Part shown: positions 38,565 through 50,749 of the stretch, piece by piece
Numbering within the stretch: the first letter of the stretch is position 1
Layout: each line of letters begins with the position of its first letter
Origin: Mobula hypostoma
Taxonomy: Eukaryota
NCBI RefSeq assembly: GCF_963921235.1
Contig: NC_086097.1
Span: 213,220,001 to 213,284,000 of the forward strand
Direction: 5' to 3'
DNA length: 64,000 nt
The notes under the pieces: model-generated
What the model was told of the DNA's origin: nothing
Databases searched by the model: none
The model's input: only the letters and a program-made list of their open reading frames with translations
Translations under genes and position numbers: made by a program

Positions 38565-39343
38565 CATGGGTCCCCAAACTTTTTGGCACCGCGGACCGGT
38601 TTAATATTGACAATATTCTTCTGGACCGGCCGACCCGGGGGGCAGTGTTCAAGTAGGGTTAAACTCACCTCAACATGTCTTTTATAGTTAGGGTTTCCAA
38701 TTTTCTCACTCCCAAATAAGGGACAAAAGTAGCAGTCAAATCCCGGGACACTTTACCCCAAGAGAGACTACCATGACCATGAAGCCTTGTGCGGGCACCT
38801 ACGTGCGCATGCATGACGTGCGCGTATGATGTGTGCATGCGCGTACGTGCTGATTTTTCTTTCCCCCACAAATCCATTTTGCCTTCATCTTCCCGACGAT
38901 ACAGTACATACATTATTTCTACTTTATATAGGCTGTGTATTTATCATATCATTCCTGTTTTTATTATACGTTAGTGTTATTTATTTTCAATTTTATGTGT
39001 TATTTGGTATGATTTGTTAGGTTATTTTTTGGGTCTGGGAACGCTCAAAAATTATTGTCATATAAATTAATGGTAATTGCTTCTTCGCTTTACGCCATTT
39101 CGGCACAAAAGGTTTCATAGGAACGCTCTACCTTCATGGGGGAAATACGGGACAAACCAATTTAGCCCAATATACGGGATGTCCCGGCAAATATGGGACA
39201 GTTGGCAACCATATGTTGAAGTTCAATGGTGCGTGACAGGGAATGAGGAAAGGTGCAGCTGACTCATATCGTTTCCTCACGGCCTGGTAGCAAATGCTCT
39301 GCGGCCCGGTACCGGTCTGCGGCCCAGTGGTTGAGGACCGCTG
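38565..39343. mobile_element. Non-autonomous hAT (Charlie-like) element with 8-bp TSD
   Basis: Imperfect TIRs catgggtccccaaact / ggttgaggaccgctg; perfect TSD agatagtg at 38557-38564 and 39344-39351. Confidence 0.88.
38654..39213. mobile_element. Inner hAT element (TAGGGTT-type termini)
   Basis: Starts tagggtt (with a second tagggtttcca at about 38689) and ends tggcaaccata; cgggac subterminal motifs; flanks tgttcaag (38646-38653) and tgttgaag (39214-39221). Confidence 0.65.
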
Positions 39344-42300
39344 AGATAGTGTGCTTAGCCGCCTGCTCTACTCGCCTTATAATTATGACTGTAAGGCTAA
39401 GTTCAGCCCTAAAGCCATATTTAAGTTTGCTGACAACGGCACTGTCAAATCGAAGGTGATGACAATTTGACATATTGAAGGGTTATTAAAAATCTGGTTG
39501 AATGGTGTCACAATAATAACCTCTCACTCAAAGTCAGCAAAACCAAAGAGCTGATGTTAACTATAGAGGAAGAAACTAGAGGTCCATGAGGCAGTCCTCA
39601 TTATGGGGATCAAAGATGGAGGGGGTCAGAATATTTAAATTCCTTGGTGTTATGATATCAGAGAATCTTTCCTGAGACCAGTATGGCTGTACCATTACAA
39701 AGGTGGCACAACAGTGCTGCTACTTTCTTAGAAGTTTATGCAGATTTGACATGCCATCTAAAACTTTGACAAATTTCAGTGGATGCACCTTGGAGAGTAA
39801 CCTGACTGGTTGTATCACGGCCTGGTACGGAAACACCGATGACCAAAAATGGAAAAGCTTATGATACAGAGTTTTAACATCTTAAACCAGGGGTTGTTGT
39901 TATGTCTCCCCCTTGCTGTGAAAATGGGGGACACCTCCCTCTCCCTTGCCAGGGAGAGAGAGAACCTGTGGGCTGTTGAATTTCGGAAGAAATGCGAGGC
40001 CTTTGGGGGTAACTTTGGTCTGTGTCTTTGCTATTGCTTAGCACACACTTGGGCTCAATGATAGTACCGATGCGTGTTTATTTTTTGCTGGTGGGGGGGA
40101 GGGGGTATTGTTGCTCGCTGCCGCTTACACGCGGGAGGGGGAGCTTGGGGGGGGCTTTGGGGTTCTCACGTTTAACTGTCATTTATTCTTTGGGGCACTT
40201 CTCTGTTTTCGTGGATGTTTGCGAAGAAAAAGCATTTCAGAATGTATATTGTATACATTTATCTGACATTAAATTTGACCTTTGAACCTTTGAAAGTGGT
40301 AGGTACAGCCCAGTCCATCACAGGAAGAGCCCTTTCCACCATTGAGGACCTCTACAAGGAGCACTGCCATAAAAAAGCAGCAGCCATCATCAAAGAACCC
40401 CCCATGACAAGGCTATGCTCTCTTCGCACTGTTGCCATAATGAAGGAGTTACAGTAGACTTAGGCCCCACACCTCCAAGTTCAGGAACAGTTGTCCTTCA
40501 ATCGTCGGGCTCCTGTATCAGTGTGGGTAACTTCGCTCACCTCAACACTGTCTGATTCTACAACCTATGGACTCACATTCAAGGACTCCATAATGCATAT
40601 GGTATTATTTATTTCTTTATTATTATTTACATTTGCACAGATTGTCTTCTTTTGCACATTGGTTGTTTGACAGTCTTTTTATTAATTCTATTGTATTTCT
40701 TTGTTCTACTGTGAATCCCTGCCAGAAAATGTATCTCAGGGTACTACTATATGTTGACATATACATATGTCAAAAATTGTAATAAAACTTTATTTTAAAA
40801 TTTGTTCTGTGTTAGGACATTCACATTTCCATTTGCAAAGGAGTCACTGCATATGTGCTCAAGGCCACAAAAACACTTTATTAGAATAAGCACAAATGCA
40901 ATACAGAAGGAAAAACAAATGTTTACAATAGTATCAGTACATAAATCAAAATAATACTTATCATTCACTAAATGAGCCAATCTCTGCAATGCTGGAGGGT
41001 GCCACAGATCCATCAATCTTACATGCAGTCTTTTCTCTCTCTAACTCTTAGCACTAGCATTGGCCTAAGACAAAGCTCTCCCCTGGACCAAGAAAGTGCC
41101 CCTTTTTAAACCATTCAAAACCCCTTACACAAGTACTTTTCCAACCATTGTTGGTACCAGCTGCACCCTCTTATCTCTCAGGACCTCTAGCCCAGACAAA
41201 CACGCTTTTCACCATTTTCCATTATTATGTCTGCAGACTTGGACCTCCTTGATTTTTTCAAATCATTGCTGTGGTCTGGTTCTCTTGTACTTTCTCAAAA
41301 CAATCCCACTCCAAGCTAACACTGTTTTGTCTTACAGACTTCCATTTTTTTGGAGCTCATACCAAGAAAGAATCACATTTAACTCTTTCCTTCCACTCCA
41401 CCCTTTGATTACTCATTGATACATTATACAAAAATGCCTAGATAGTTCTAAGGTAAGGACATGTTTGGCACAGCTTTGTGGGCCGAAGGGCCTGTATTGT
41501 GTTGTAGTTTTTCTATGTTTCTATATTTCTATCCTGGACATCGGCAATCCTTGGGGTAACAGTCTGTTGTTCAGATTGTACAAGGCTTGGGATAGTACAG
41601 TCAGCCGTTCTTGTAAAGTGGGAATTGGTTTCAACAAACGAATTTGTTGTTTTAAAGGTCTATACATTCTTTTGATCAGCCCTGATGCCTGGGGGTAATA
41701 GCCTATACGATACACCCAATAAACGCCTTTATTGGCAGTTCACAGCTTGTCCCGAGAAATGAGACCCACTTTCCGATTGTATCTCTTGTGGGTCCCCATA
41801 ATAAGGAATTAACTTCTGCAATCCCTTCAGTGCGCGAACCTGGTCAGCTTTTGTGAATTAACAGACCAGAATAGTTGTCAGCCATAGTAAGCAAATACTT
41901 AAATCATTGCTGCTGTGGCAGGAGTCCGATGTAATCAACCTGCCATACCTGGGCTGGAACAATCCACCTTTGAACGTCGGCGTCTTGGGAAGTGCTCTTC
42001 TTTCAACCTTCTGCCAAATATCACTAACTTCTTTAGTCGTGTCTACAGGTAGTCATATATCTCATTGGTTAGCCCATTCGATTGTACTGTGCACTGCCAA
42101 ATGACCAGCTATATATGTGCCCATTTTTCATCAGACGGAATTTAGGGATCTTGACCAGGCATACCCGGGCTAACTGGTCCACTTTATTATTAAAGTTGGT
42201 GGATAGAGAGGCAATTTTTCTGGTGGGCATCCACATGGAAGACAGTGATCTTCATTCAATGCTCTGGTTCCTAGAACTTTTCCCAGATTGCCTGTCCCCA

Positions 42301-42414
42301 CAGGTGCTTTCCCCTGTATCTGCCACCTTGTCATCCACACAGCCATTCCATTCGCAGCCGTCCGTGAGTCATTTGGCATATGTGCAGCTGGCTCACTTCA
42401 TGCTGCACTGGTAA

Positions 42415-43036
42415 AGGCTAATTTATACTTCTGCATAGGCTCTACGCCGTAGCCTACGCAAGTGGCCTATGCCATTGTGAGCATTTATACTTGTGCGTTG
42501 GTGTGTCAGCGTCGCTCTGCAATTCACTGCCAAAATGCTAGTTGGCGGTGGGGTTTCTATGCCACTGTGTTGAGTTTCTTTGTGTACTTCAAACAATGGC
42601 GACTGAAACTGAGCGCATCATGTTGGAGTGGGAGCTAATAAATGTTGAACAAGAGTTACTTTTATTGAAATTACTGCAATGCAGAAAAGAGAGAAGACGT
42701 GGGAGGAGATGGTGTGTATGACCATTGAACGGATTGAAGCAGAAGGAGGGTGAATTTTCTGTGCTTGTCCGGCCACTGAGAGACATGGACGAGGAAATGC
42801 ATTTTAAACATTTTCGGATGTCGGCAGGTAGATTTGACGATTTGACAAGAAGAGGCAACCGGAAATGCATAGGAGGAAATACAATGCTACCAAGCAGACC
42901 AATCACAGTTGTTGCGGTCTGCGTCGCCGCGACACATATTTACATTTTTGGGGAGGTACGCGTCACACTACGGCGTAGGGTACGCGGCTACACCGTACCT
43001 ACGGCATAGATTCGACGCATAAGTATAAATTGGCCT
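42415..43036 (+). mobile_element. Internally deleted PIF/Harbinger transposon
   Basis: TIRs aggctaatttatacttctgc / gcataagtataaattggcct. From ATG 42596 it encodes …RRRGRRWCV*PLN…[33 protein letters not shown], a Harbinger transposase N-terminus. No clean 3-bp TSD. Confidence 0.85.
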
Positions 43037-43219
43037 GACGCCAATTCAGTTCAGTTCAGCTGGATAACTGGAACTGCCCTCTCCTTGCTCCTGCAAAACT
43101 GTTTCAGTAACTGGGTTTCAGCGCAGCAGCTGGAACCATCCGCATACCAGGCGTGCCATTTATCCACTTCAGACAGCTGTTTGTATGATACATCCCATGT
43201 AACGAGAAAGGGAGGCTCC

Positions 43220-43220
<1 letters not shown>

Positions 43221-43250
<30 letters not shown>
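43221..43250 (+). repeat. (GT)15 microsatellite inside the ERV pol
   Basis: Direct reading of the sequence. Confidence 0.95.
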
Positions 43251-43252
<2 letters not shown>

Positions 43253-44268
43253 TGGGGGGGGGTGTTGTTTGGCAGTTTCGGTACAGTTTGTATCCATGTG
43301 CATATGGGCCACACTTTCATGTAACTTGCTGAATCCCTCCGAGCCCATAATTGCCCGTTCTGCAACGTACCACTGCCATTTAACGGTGGAAGCTTGCTGC
43401 ACCCTCCTCGCCCTATTAGTGGAGCTCTCTAACAGCTCCACATCATATGGGGAGGTTGGGTCTTATAATAACTTCATTTCCCTCAGTGGAGGCTTCCGTC
43501 TCCACCAATGCCTAGGAGTTGTCTTTCATAGAGTGTGTACCGTTCAGCTGCACTGGGCATGTTGGGGAGAAACAGCAGTTAACGGAGAGTGTGTTTATTT
43601 AACAGGCAATAATCATCTTCCAGCTGCTGTTCGATTTCTTTACTGGTCAGACAGGACTGATCTAGTTTGAGGCTGCATGCCTGGTCACATCTTGTTTTAA
43701 CTCTGCTGCTGTGTCTGAGACCTAATGTCAAACGTGAACTTCCCTAATTTAGTCTGCACGGTCTGTCCCTGCAGCATTCCAGTTGTATTTTCAGGTAATA
43801 TGGCTAGCAGTACTCAAACTACCATCGGCGGTTCCTTCCGAATGGTTTCCCACGCTTTTATTATAGTTCCTCCTAAACTCTTCACTCACACCAAAGGCCC
43901 CAGAGGTCGGTCAGGGTTTCCGCTTATAACTGAATGTTCGGCACTCGTGTCCAACAAAGCATTAACCTTTTGTTTTTTCTCACCTCCCCACCATAAAGTG
44001 GTAGTTATGTAAGGTCTCGGGTTCCGCTGAAGAAGAGGCTTCATTATTCTGACTGCTCAGGGACCCTTTGTGAGAGGTGGGGGTGGAGGAGAATTGAGCA
44101 AATCTGAATTGACCCTCGTGCCACTGATGTCCTTCATTCTCCCCCTCTTCCCCCTCTCCCTCGGTCAGCGAGTGGATTCTCCTTCCGAGGTTCCAACTAG
44201 GTTTAGCATTCCTGTTATAGCAGTATTTCCATAAGATATGCTTGGCTCCCGTGGGTATGCCATCAATC

Positions 44269-45859
44269 AGAATCAGGTTTACTATCACCAGCATGTGACC
44301 TGAAATTTGTTAACTTAGCAGCAGCAGTTCAATGCAATACATAATACAGAAGAAAAAATAATAAATAAATCAATCAATCAATTACAGTATGCGCATATTG
44401 AATAGATTGAAAACATGCAAAAAAAAGAAATACTTGGATATTAAAAAAGTGAGGTGGTGTCCAAGGGTTCAATGTCCATTTATGAATCGGATGGCAGAGG
44501 GGAAGAAGCTGTTCCTGAATTGCTGAGTGTGTGTCTTCAGGCTTCTGTATCTCCTACCTGATGGTAACAGTGAGAAAAGGGCATGCCCTGGGTGCTGGAG
44601 GTCCTAAATAATGGATGCTGCCTTTCTGAGACACCACTCCCTGAAGATGTCCTGGGTACTTTGTAGGCTAATACCCAAGACGGAGCTGACTAGATTTACA
44701 ACTCTCTGCTGCTTCTTTCAGTCCTGTTCCATACCAGACAGTGATGCAGCCTGTCAGAATGCTCTCCATAGTACATCTATAGAAGTTTTTGAGTGTATTT
44801 GTTGACATGCCAAATCTCTCCAAACTTCTCATGAAGTATAGCCACCATCTTGCTTTCTTCATAACTACATCGATATGTTGGGACCAGGTTAGATCCTCAG
44901 AGATCTTGACACCCAGGAACTTGAAACTGCTCACTCTCTCCATTTCTGATCCCTTTATGAGGATTTGTATGTGTTCCTTCGTCTTACCCTTCCTGAAGTC
45001 CACAATCAGCTCTTTCGTCTTACTGACATTGAGTGCCAGGTTGTTACAGCGGTACCATTCCACTAGTTGGCATATCTCACTCCTGTACACCCTCTAGTCA
45101 CCACCTGAGATTCTACCAACAATGGTTGTATCATCAGCAAATTTGTAGTTGGTGTTTGAGCTATGCCTAGCCACACAGTCACGTGTATACAGAGAGTAGA
45201 GCAGTGGGCTAAGCACACACCCCCAACGTGCGCCAATGTTGATCGTCAACTGAGCTATAGTCGATGAACAGCATCCTGACATAGGTGTTTGTGTTGTCCA
45301 GATGGTCTAAAGCCATGTGAAGAGCCACTGAAATTGTGTCTGCCGTTGACCTATTGTGGCAATAGGCAAATTGCAATGGTTCCAAGTCCTTGCTGAGGTA
45401 GGAGTTCAGTCTAGTCATGACCAACCTCTCAAAGCATTTCATCACTGTAGGTGTGAGTGCTACCGGGTGATAGTCATTAAGGCAGCTCACGTTATTCAAG
45501 TGGGAACTTCCGCCTGTAGCAGTGAGAGGTTGAAAATGTCCTTGAATACTCCTCCTAGTTTGTTGGCACAGGTTTTCAGAGCCTTATCAGGCACATCATC
45601 TGGACTTTCTGCCTTGCGAGGGTTCACTCTCTTTAAAGACAGTCTAGCATCAGCCCCTGAGACAGAGATCACAGGGTCATCAGGTGCAGCAGGGATCTTC
45701 ACAGCTGTAGCTGCGTTCTCCCTTTCAAAGCGTGCATAGAAGGCGTTGAGTTCATCTGGTAGTGAAGCATCGCTGCCATTCATGCTATTGGGTTTTGCTT
45801 TGCAGGAAGTAATGTCTTGCAAATCCTGCCAGAGTTGCTGTGCATCTGATGTCGCCTTT
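44269..45859 (-). mobile_element. Rex1/Babar LINE, 5'-truncated, inserted in the ERV gag
   Basis: ORFs 45496..45822, 45209..45499 ([22 protein letters not shown]…QFAY…RMLFIDYSS), 45094..45282 ([13 protein letters not shown]…KFADDTTIVG) and 44668..45090; aatc present on both flanks. Confidence 0.9.
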
Positions 45860-45889
45860 AATCCTCCCTTTATCCACTCCTGCCTTTAA

Positions 45890-45965
45890 TACCATGAGAT
45901 ATAGGAGCAGAAGTAGGCCATTCGGCCCATCGAGTCTGCTCCACCATTCAACCATGGGCTGATCA
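45890..45965 (-). mobile_element. Very short CR1 3'-end insertion in the ERV gag
   Basis: accatgagatataggagcagaagtaggccattcggcccatcgagtctgctccaccattcaa is nearly identical to 20431-20491. Confidence 0.8.
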
Positions 45966-48609
45966 GGCCTTGAAACATTTCCCTGCAAGTTGGCTGGCGG
46001 CTACTGCCCTGCCCTCCTTCCACTTCAAAGCCCAAACTTTCGTTTTCCCCTTGTCAACCCATTTTAATAGCTCCATCTTCTCCAGTGCCTCACCCATGGG
46101 CTGTCCCACTTGCATCCCAAAGAGGTACAGCAGATTTGCCCTTAATGTGAGGGCCCATGTTGAACCATCCTGTTCACATAACCCTGATTCAACATCTCCG
46201 CATCCGGGCCATCTTTATATATAACTATAGTTTGATTCCTTGCAGTTTCCTCATCTACAATGTGCCAAGGTGCACTCTGCTGTCTCCAGCCTACCACAAA
46301 TGCATAGATCTGGACTCACGAAAGCAAATCTATAGGTTCATTGTCATTCCACATCTGCTTATTAATATCACTTTGTGTAGACAGAGGGAGCAAGTCATTA
46401 GCCTACTTCATGGCCAAATGCACTGTGCCAGCTCCCTATCCCACAACCAAATTAACCATACAGCAAGACATCCTTCGTTCTTCGGCACATATTTATTTCG
46501 AATGGCTGAGTCACTCTTTCCTCTTGTGTTGTCTGACCGCCCACCCCCGGTATCCTTGCAGTCTTATGACTGCACTGTTACCGGCCGGGCCTGTACTGCT
46601 GGGCTGTCATATGCAATGTTCTGCTCAGGTCTCGGTGGAAGACCCTCCAACAAGTATCAGCGTCATACCAGATATTGCCATCCCATATCAGGGGCCCAAT
46701 CCTTATCCAGTAATGTCCACATTTTGGTAGGATCTGGATGCTGATCACTCAACTCTGCCTGTGCTGGGGTGGTTTGCTGGGTTTCGGATTTGTCAGCTTG
46801 TTCATGGGCTGACCTAGCTGATTCAGCCGTAAGCAATATTTTGCTGCTCTATGATTCTCATTCTGTCATTAGTGCCAAACGATCTTTGCTCTGCTACCCT
46901 TTAAATTTCAAATATAGTTTTCAAAATATGCAGCATATTTCAACAGGCCATACCCATACTCTCCTCCCATCTGGGAAACCAGTGGCTACCATTCCCAGGA
47001 CATCACCTCTGCTGCTCTCCATATTAGCTCTCCAACACTAAGAGTGTCATGACTCTGAGTGGGCAGAGGACAATCTTTATCAAGGATGTGCGGTAATAGT
47101 CCAAGTGTAGAGGGAGAGATACTGAAGCGGATGAACAGATCACTGACACATAAAAAGAACTGTGCATAATTAAAAGGAAAAACAGTAAAGGTTAGACCAA
47201 CGGGGCTGTTAACTAAAACTCTCACACTGAAAGCCAACAGCGACACTGTGGCTCTGTACCAGTAACAACATTTAATACTTACTGCTCCTTTAAAGCATTA
47301 ATCTAAACAATAATCGTCTTTTCTGAAAAAAGGATAAAGGTAAGCAGGGGCAGTTGACACTACTGTGCTTTTGGTCAAGGTTCAGCAAGAGTGAAATGAG
47401 AGGAAGGGAGTTAAATACAGCCACAATGAAACACTAACTGGCTGGAATGTGCATACGCACGAGTGTGATCGCTGACTCCGTTCTACAGCCTGCCTGTGAG
47501 TCCACCCAGATTCTGCAGCAGTGACAGACAAACAGAAACATGGGGGAACAGACAGACAATGGTAATGGTCCATATTCGAACTGATGACTAATAATTCAAG
47601 AAGATGAGGTCTTCCAAAGAGAATTTAGGGAGTTAGGCAGAAAGTTAAAAAGCAGGGTGGTATCTCAAGATTACTTACAGTGTCATGTGCTTGTAAAGTA
47701 AAAATAAGAAGGTAAGGCATGGCTAGGGATCTGTTCTCTCTAGTGACTGGAAAATCCTGAATGCCTGTCTTTCCTTTTCCAGGATATTAAAGATCAGATG
47801 CTAGCAGATGCTCTCCTTCACACGTTCCATCAGTCTGTTGTTGCCAGTACAATCTTCTATGGGGTGGTGTGCTGGGGCAATGGCATCAACACGGGTGATG
47901 CCAACAGGCTCAATAATCTGATTAGAAAGGACATTCTAGAGGCTGTGGTAGAACAAAAGACCCTCCGGTGCTGTGAGAATGCTTTGGGAAATAGGGCATC
48001 CCATACAGATCTGATGGTGCTTTCCAATTCTATACAGGATATTTGCCAATTCGACAATCTTGTATACCATCAGATCAAGATTATCTGTAGACTAACATTT
48101 TCCAGTCTCTCTCTATTTAAAAAGCCTTCAGTGAATTTATCCTTACAAGCACTGCATAAACTTACATTTTCCCAGATCTGCTACCTTCTTCCTCATTTCT
48201 AAACCCGCGTATATCTATTTGCGTCCGTCTTAGAATTCACTTTTCCACTTTATCATTGGACTTATGACCACTGAATTAGAAATTTTAATGCATAGAAAAG
48301 GATGGACTGAATGATGGTGTGCACGCCAGTGGGCCCTCGATCTGCAAATTATCGTGAAAACTTAAAGGTTGAAGTGGGCAAAAAGAGTTAAACATTGGAG
48401 AAAGAGAATCAGTCGAAAAAGTAGGTTTACTGGCTAGATTGGCTCACTGGGAACTAGGGATAGGAAGGGAATCCTCACCCATGATAGGGACTGGAATGGC
48501 TTTTCCACAGTGATGGAAGCTAGGGTTTGGACTGCAGTGACTGACATTAGACAGTCAAAGAATTAGAAGGGCCTTAGAGCACAAGACTCACAAAAGACCT
48601 GCAAGAATC

Positions 48610-48860
48610 ATTATCAACATCGTCATCATCATTATGTGCCATGTTGTATGACATAGACAATCATGGTCCTATGACCATTATTGTTCTTGACAAATTTTTC
48701 CGTGGAAGTAGTTTGCTATTGCCCTCTTTTGGGCAGTGTATTTATAAGGCGGGTGACCCCAGCCATTACCAATAGTGTTCAGAGATTGTCTACCTGGCGA
48801 CAGTGGTCACATAACCAGGACTTGTGATATGCACCAGCTGCTCAAATGACCATCCACCAT
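48610..48860 (-). mobile_element. Short non-autonomous RTE-related element
   Basis: Reverse strand has gagggcaatagcaaactacttcc, similar to the RTE/BovB-type gaaggcaatggcaaaccacttc motif, and a (GAT)n-like tail. Confidence 0.5.
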
Positions 48861-50749
48861 GCCACCTGGATACAAGATTACTGCAAAAGTACCCAGTTAA
48901 ATTTCCAGAGTAATATTACTTCACTCCAGGTAAAATCAATATTCAATCACATTATTCTGAAAGAAATGTAATATGTGATTGAATTCTAAAACCCTGTTTT
49001 ATTCGGTAAATAACATAAAATGTCTGAGAGCCTAGTATCGATCTCTATGGCAACCTACTAGTAAACAATCCATTTATTCCTGCACTCTCTTTTCTCCCCC
49101 TTAACCAGGACACTGGACATGCTAGTGTGCTCTGCTATATGTATCTCATAAATTCTCAAACCCTTTTATCAGGTATCTTGTCAGAAGGAGCATTGTTTTG
49201 AATTTTTAAAATTTTGAATGATTGATCTCACTGCAGATTAGCTCAATTTGATTATATCCTTTTTGGAACCATCAATCTGTCATTTGTTTTATTGACAATC
49301 AGCATCATTTAAACTGTTACGTCAACTATCACAGCAAATGTAGCCTCGCTGATTGTGCATGAAGTTTCAGGGTTAACCAAATCGGTTGCTGTGGGGACTG
49401 TAATCATGTGAAATAAAGGGAGAAGAATAAAGGCAAGGACAGTCTTCCTCTCAGCTGACACTGACAATGTTTAATAACAGTTATTTATGTTATTTTTGTC
49501 TGTTGACTCATTTCTGTTGGGAGTTCTCTGTAATTATTGTCAGAGGATAATGGAAGCAAGCAATGTAAATGTTTTCATGCTTTTAGCAAAGGTTGAAGGT
49601 GTTAATATCGTTTGTTCATAAGCCTGGAATAGCATAATGAGGAAGAATGAGTAGCATTAACTATCCAAGTGTTGTTCTCATAAAGTTATAATTGTTTTAC
49701 AATGCATATTACTAATGTTGGCTTTCATTTCCAAGTATGATAGTAATGGAGAAAACAAATGTGATATTTTGAAAAGATTTGCAGAACTTCATAAATAGAA
49801 AATGAAAGTACATTTGTTTCACAGTCACAAGTATGTTGGTGAAAATACTTGTGCAATGAACATTTTAACTTTTCTCAGTTTCAGGGATAAATCTGTCATA
49901 GATGGTCCCAAGCCTGGCTGCAAAAGGAGGAAGTTGTGCATGGGGATAGCAAACCCATTCAGTAAAATTCTAGAGCTACAGCAACACCAACAGAAGCTCC
50001 GAAGACTTCATCCCTGGGAGAGGAAGGATCTTGGGCGAGAAGATGTATGGATGTGTACTAAAAGCCGTAAGTCCGTGGAAAGCACAAGGCCGATCATCGT
50101 TCTATCATCCAGGAGCACCTTCATTGGAACATGGAAAATAAAAAGCTGAAGAGAGGCCAGCCAAAGAACAGCTGGTGACATGACCTTGAAGTTCACACCA
50201 AGAAGATGGGTTACACCTGGGGACATCTTGAAAGACTGGCCCAGGCCAGAGGACTCTGGTGAGCTGCTGTCAGTGGTCTCTGCCCCACTGGGGGTGATGG
50301 GCATAACTAACTAACCAACAATTCCAAGGATGCCCAAGCTGTAACTTATGGGCTCAATTTGTCCTAATTCTTACTCAAGTTGCTGAATAACTAGCAGGCC
50401 CTGACAGTGTTATATAAAATCCAATGGGCCAGGAAGTGGTGAAGAATTTTATTGGAGAGCAGATAGACAATGTGCGTGTGTGTGTGTGTTTGTGGGGTGG
50501 GGAGTGGGTGGTAGGTGGTGAATGGGAAGGTTTCAGAGACAAGCTTCAGTCATGGAGAGGGATTTTCACATAGTAGAGTGGAGAGGTCAAGCAGAAGGTT
50601 GTGCTTCAGGGAAAGAAAGAGGAGATGCTGCTGGTGATCAGCAGCAGGTATAGACACGTAGAGAAAAGTGGATTTCTTAGATTTCCCAGCAGTGACTCAC
50701 ATAAGGTCAGGTGTTAAACTAACACTAAAGCAGACTTCTAGTTGACATC

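Larger units (their letters stand above)
38340..40795 (+). mobile_element. Rex1/Babar LINE (RT to 3' end), interrupted by a hAT composite and another 3'-UTR-like insertion (about 39872-40293)
   Basis: [20 protein letters not shown](A)D, NNLSL.VSKTKEL, FKFLGV, ES.LTGCITAWYG; ends near aataaa at 40781. Confidence 0.82.
41020..47000 (-). mobile_element. Decayed endogenous retrovirus, class III / ERV-L-like (gag, pro, [RT deleted], tether, RNase H, IN)
   Basis: Reverse-strand peptides: gag LKAGVDKGRI|DGIPT; protease PRPYITTTLWWGG…ALLDTSAE; tether YERQLL…ALVETE…IRPNLPI and QQASTVKWQWYV…GSEGFSKLHESVA; RNase H W.VSY.QL…AWYADGSS, DS..AANGMAVW and HVDAH…FNNKVDQLAR; integrase WQVDYIG.LP…D.YSG, P.EIQSE.GSHF and YYPQASGLI.R. 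Outer boundaries are uncertain. Confidence 0.85.

Noticed and set aside
46157..46744. 195-aa plus-strand ORF as a gene
   Set aside because: Antisense to the decayed ERV gag region with no recognisable domain.
49802..50304. Possible coding exon (ORFs 49802..50149 + and 50008..50304 -)
   Set aside because: An acceptor-like sequence is present, but I recognise no protein family and see no clear donor or partner exons.
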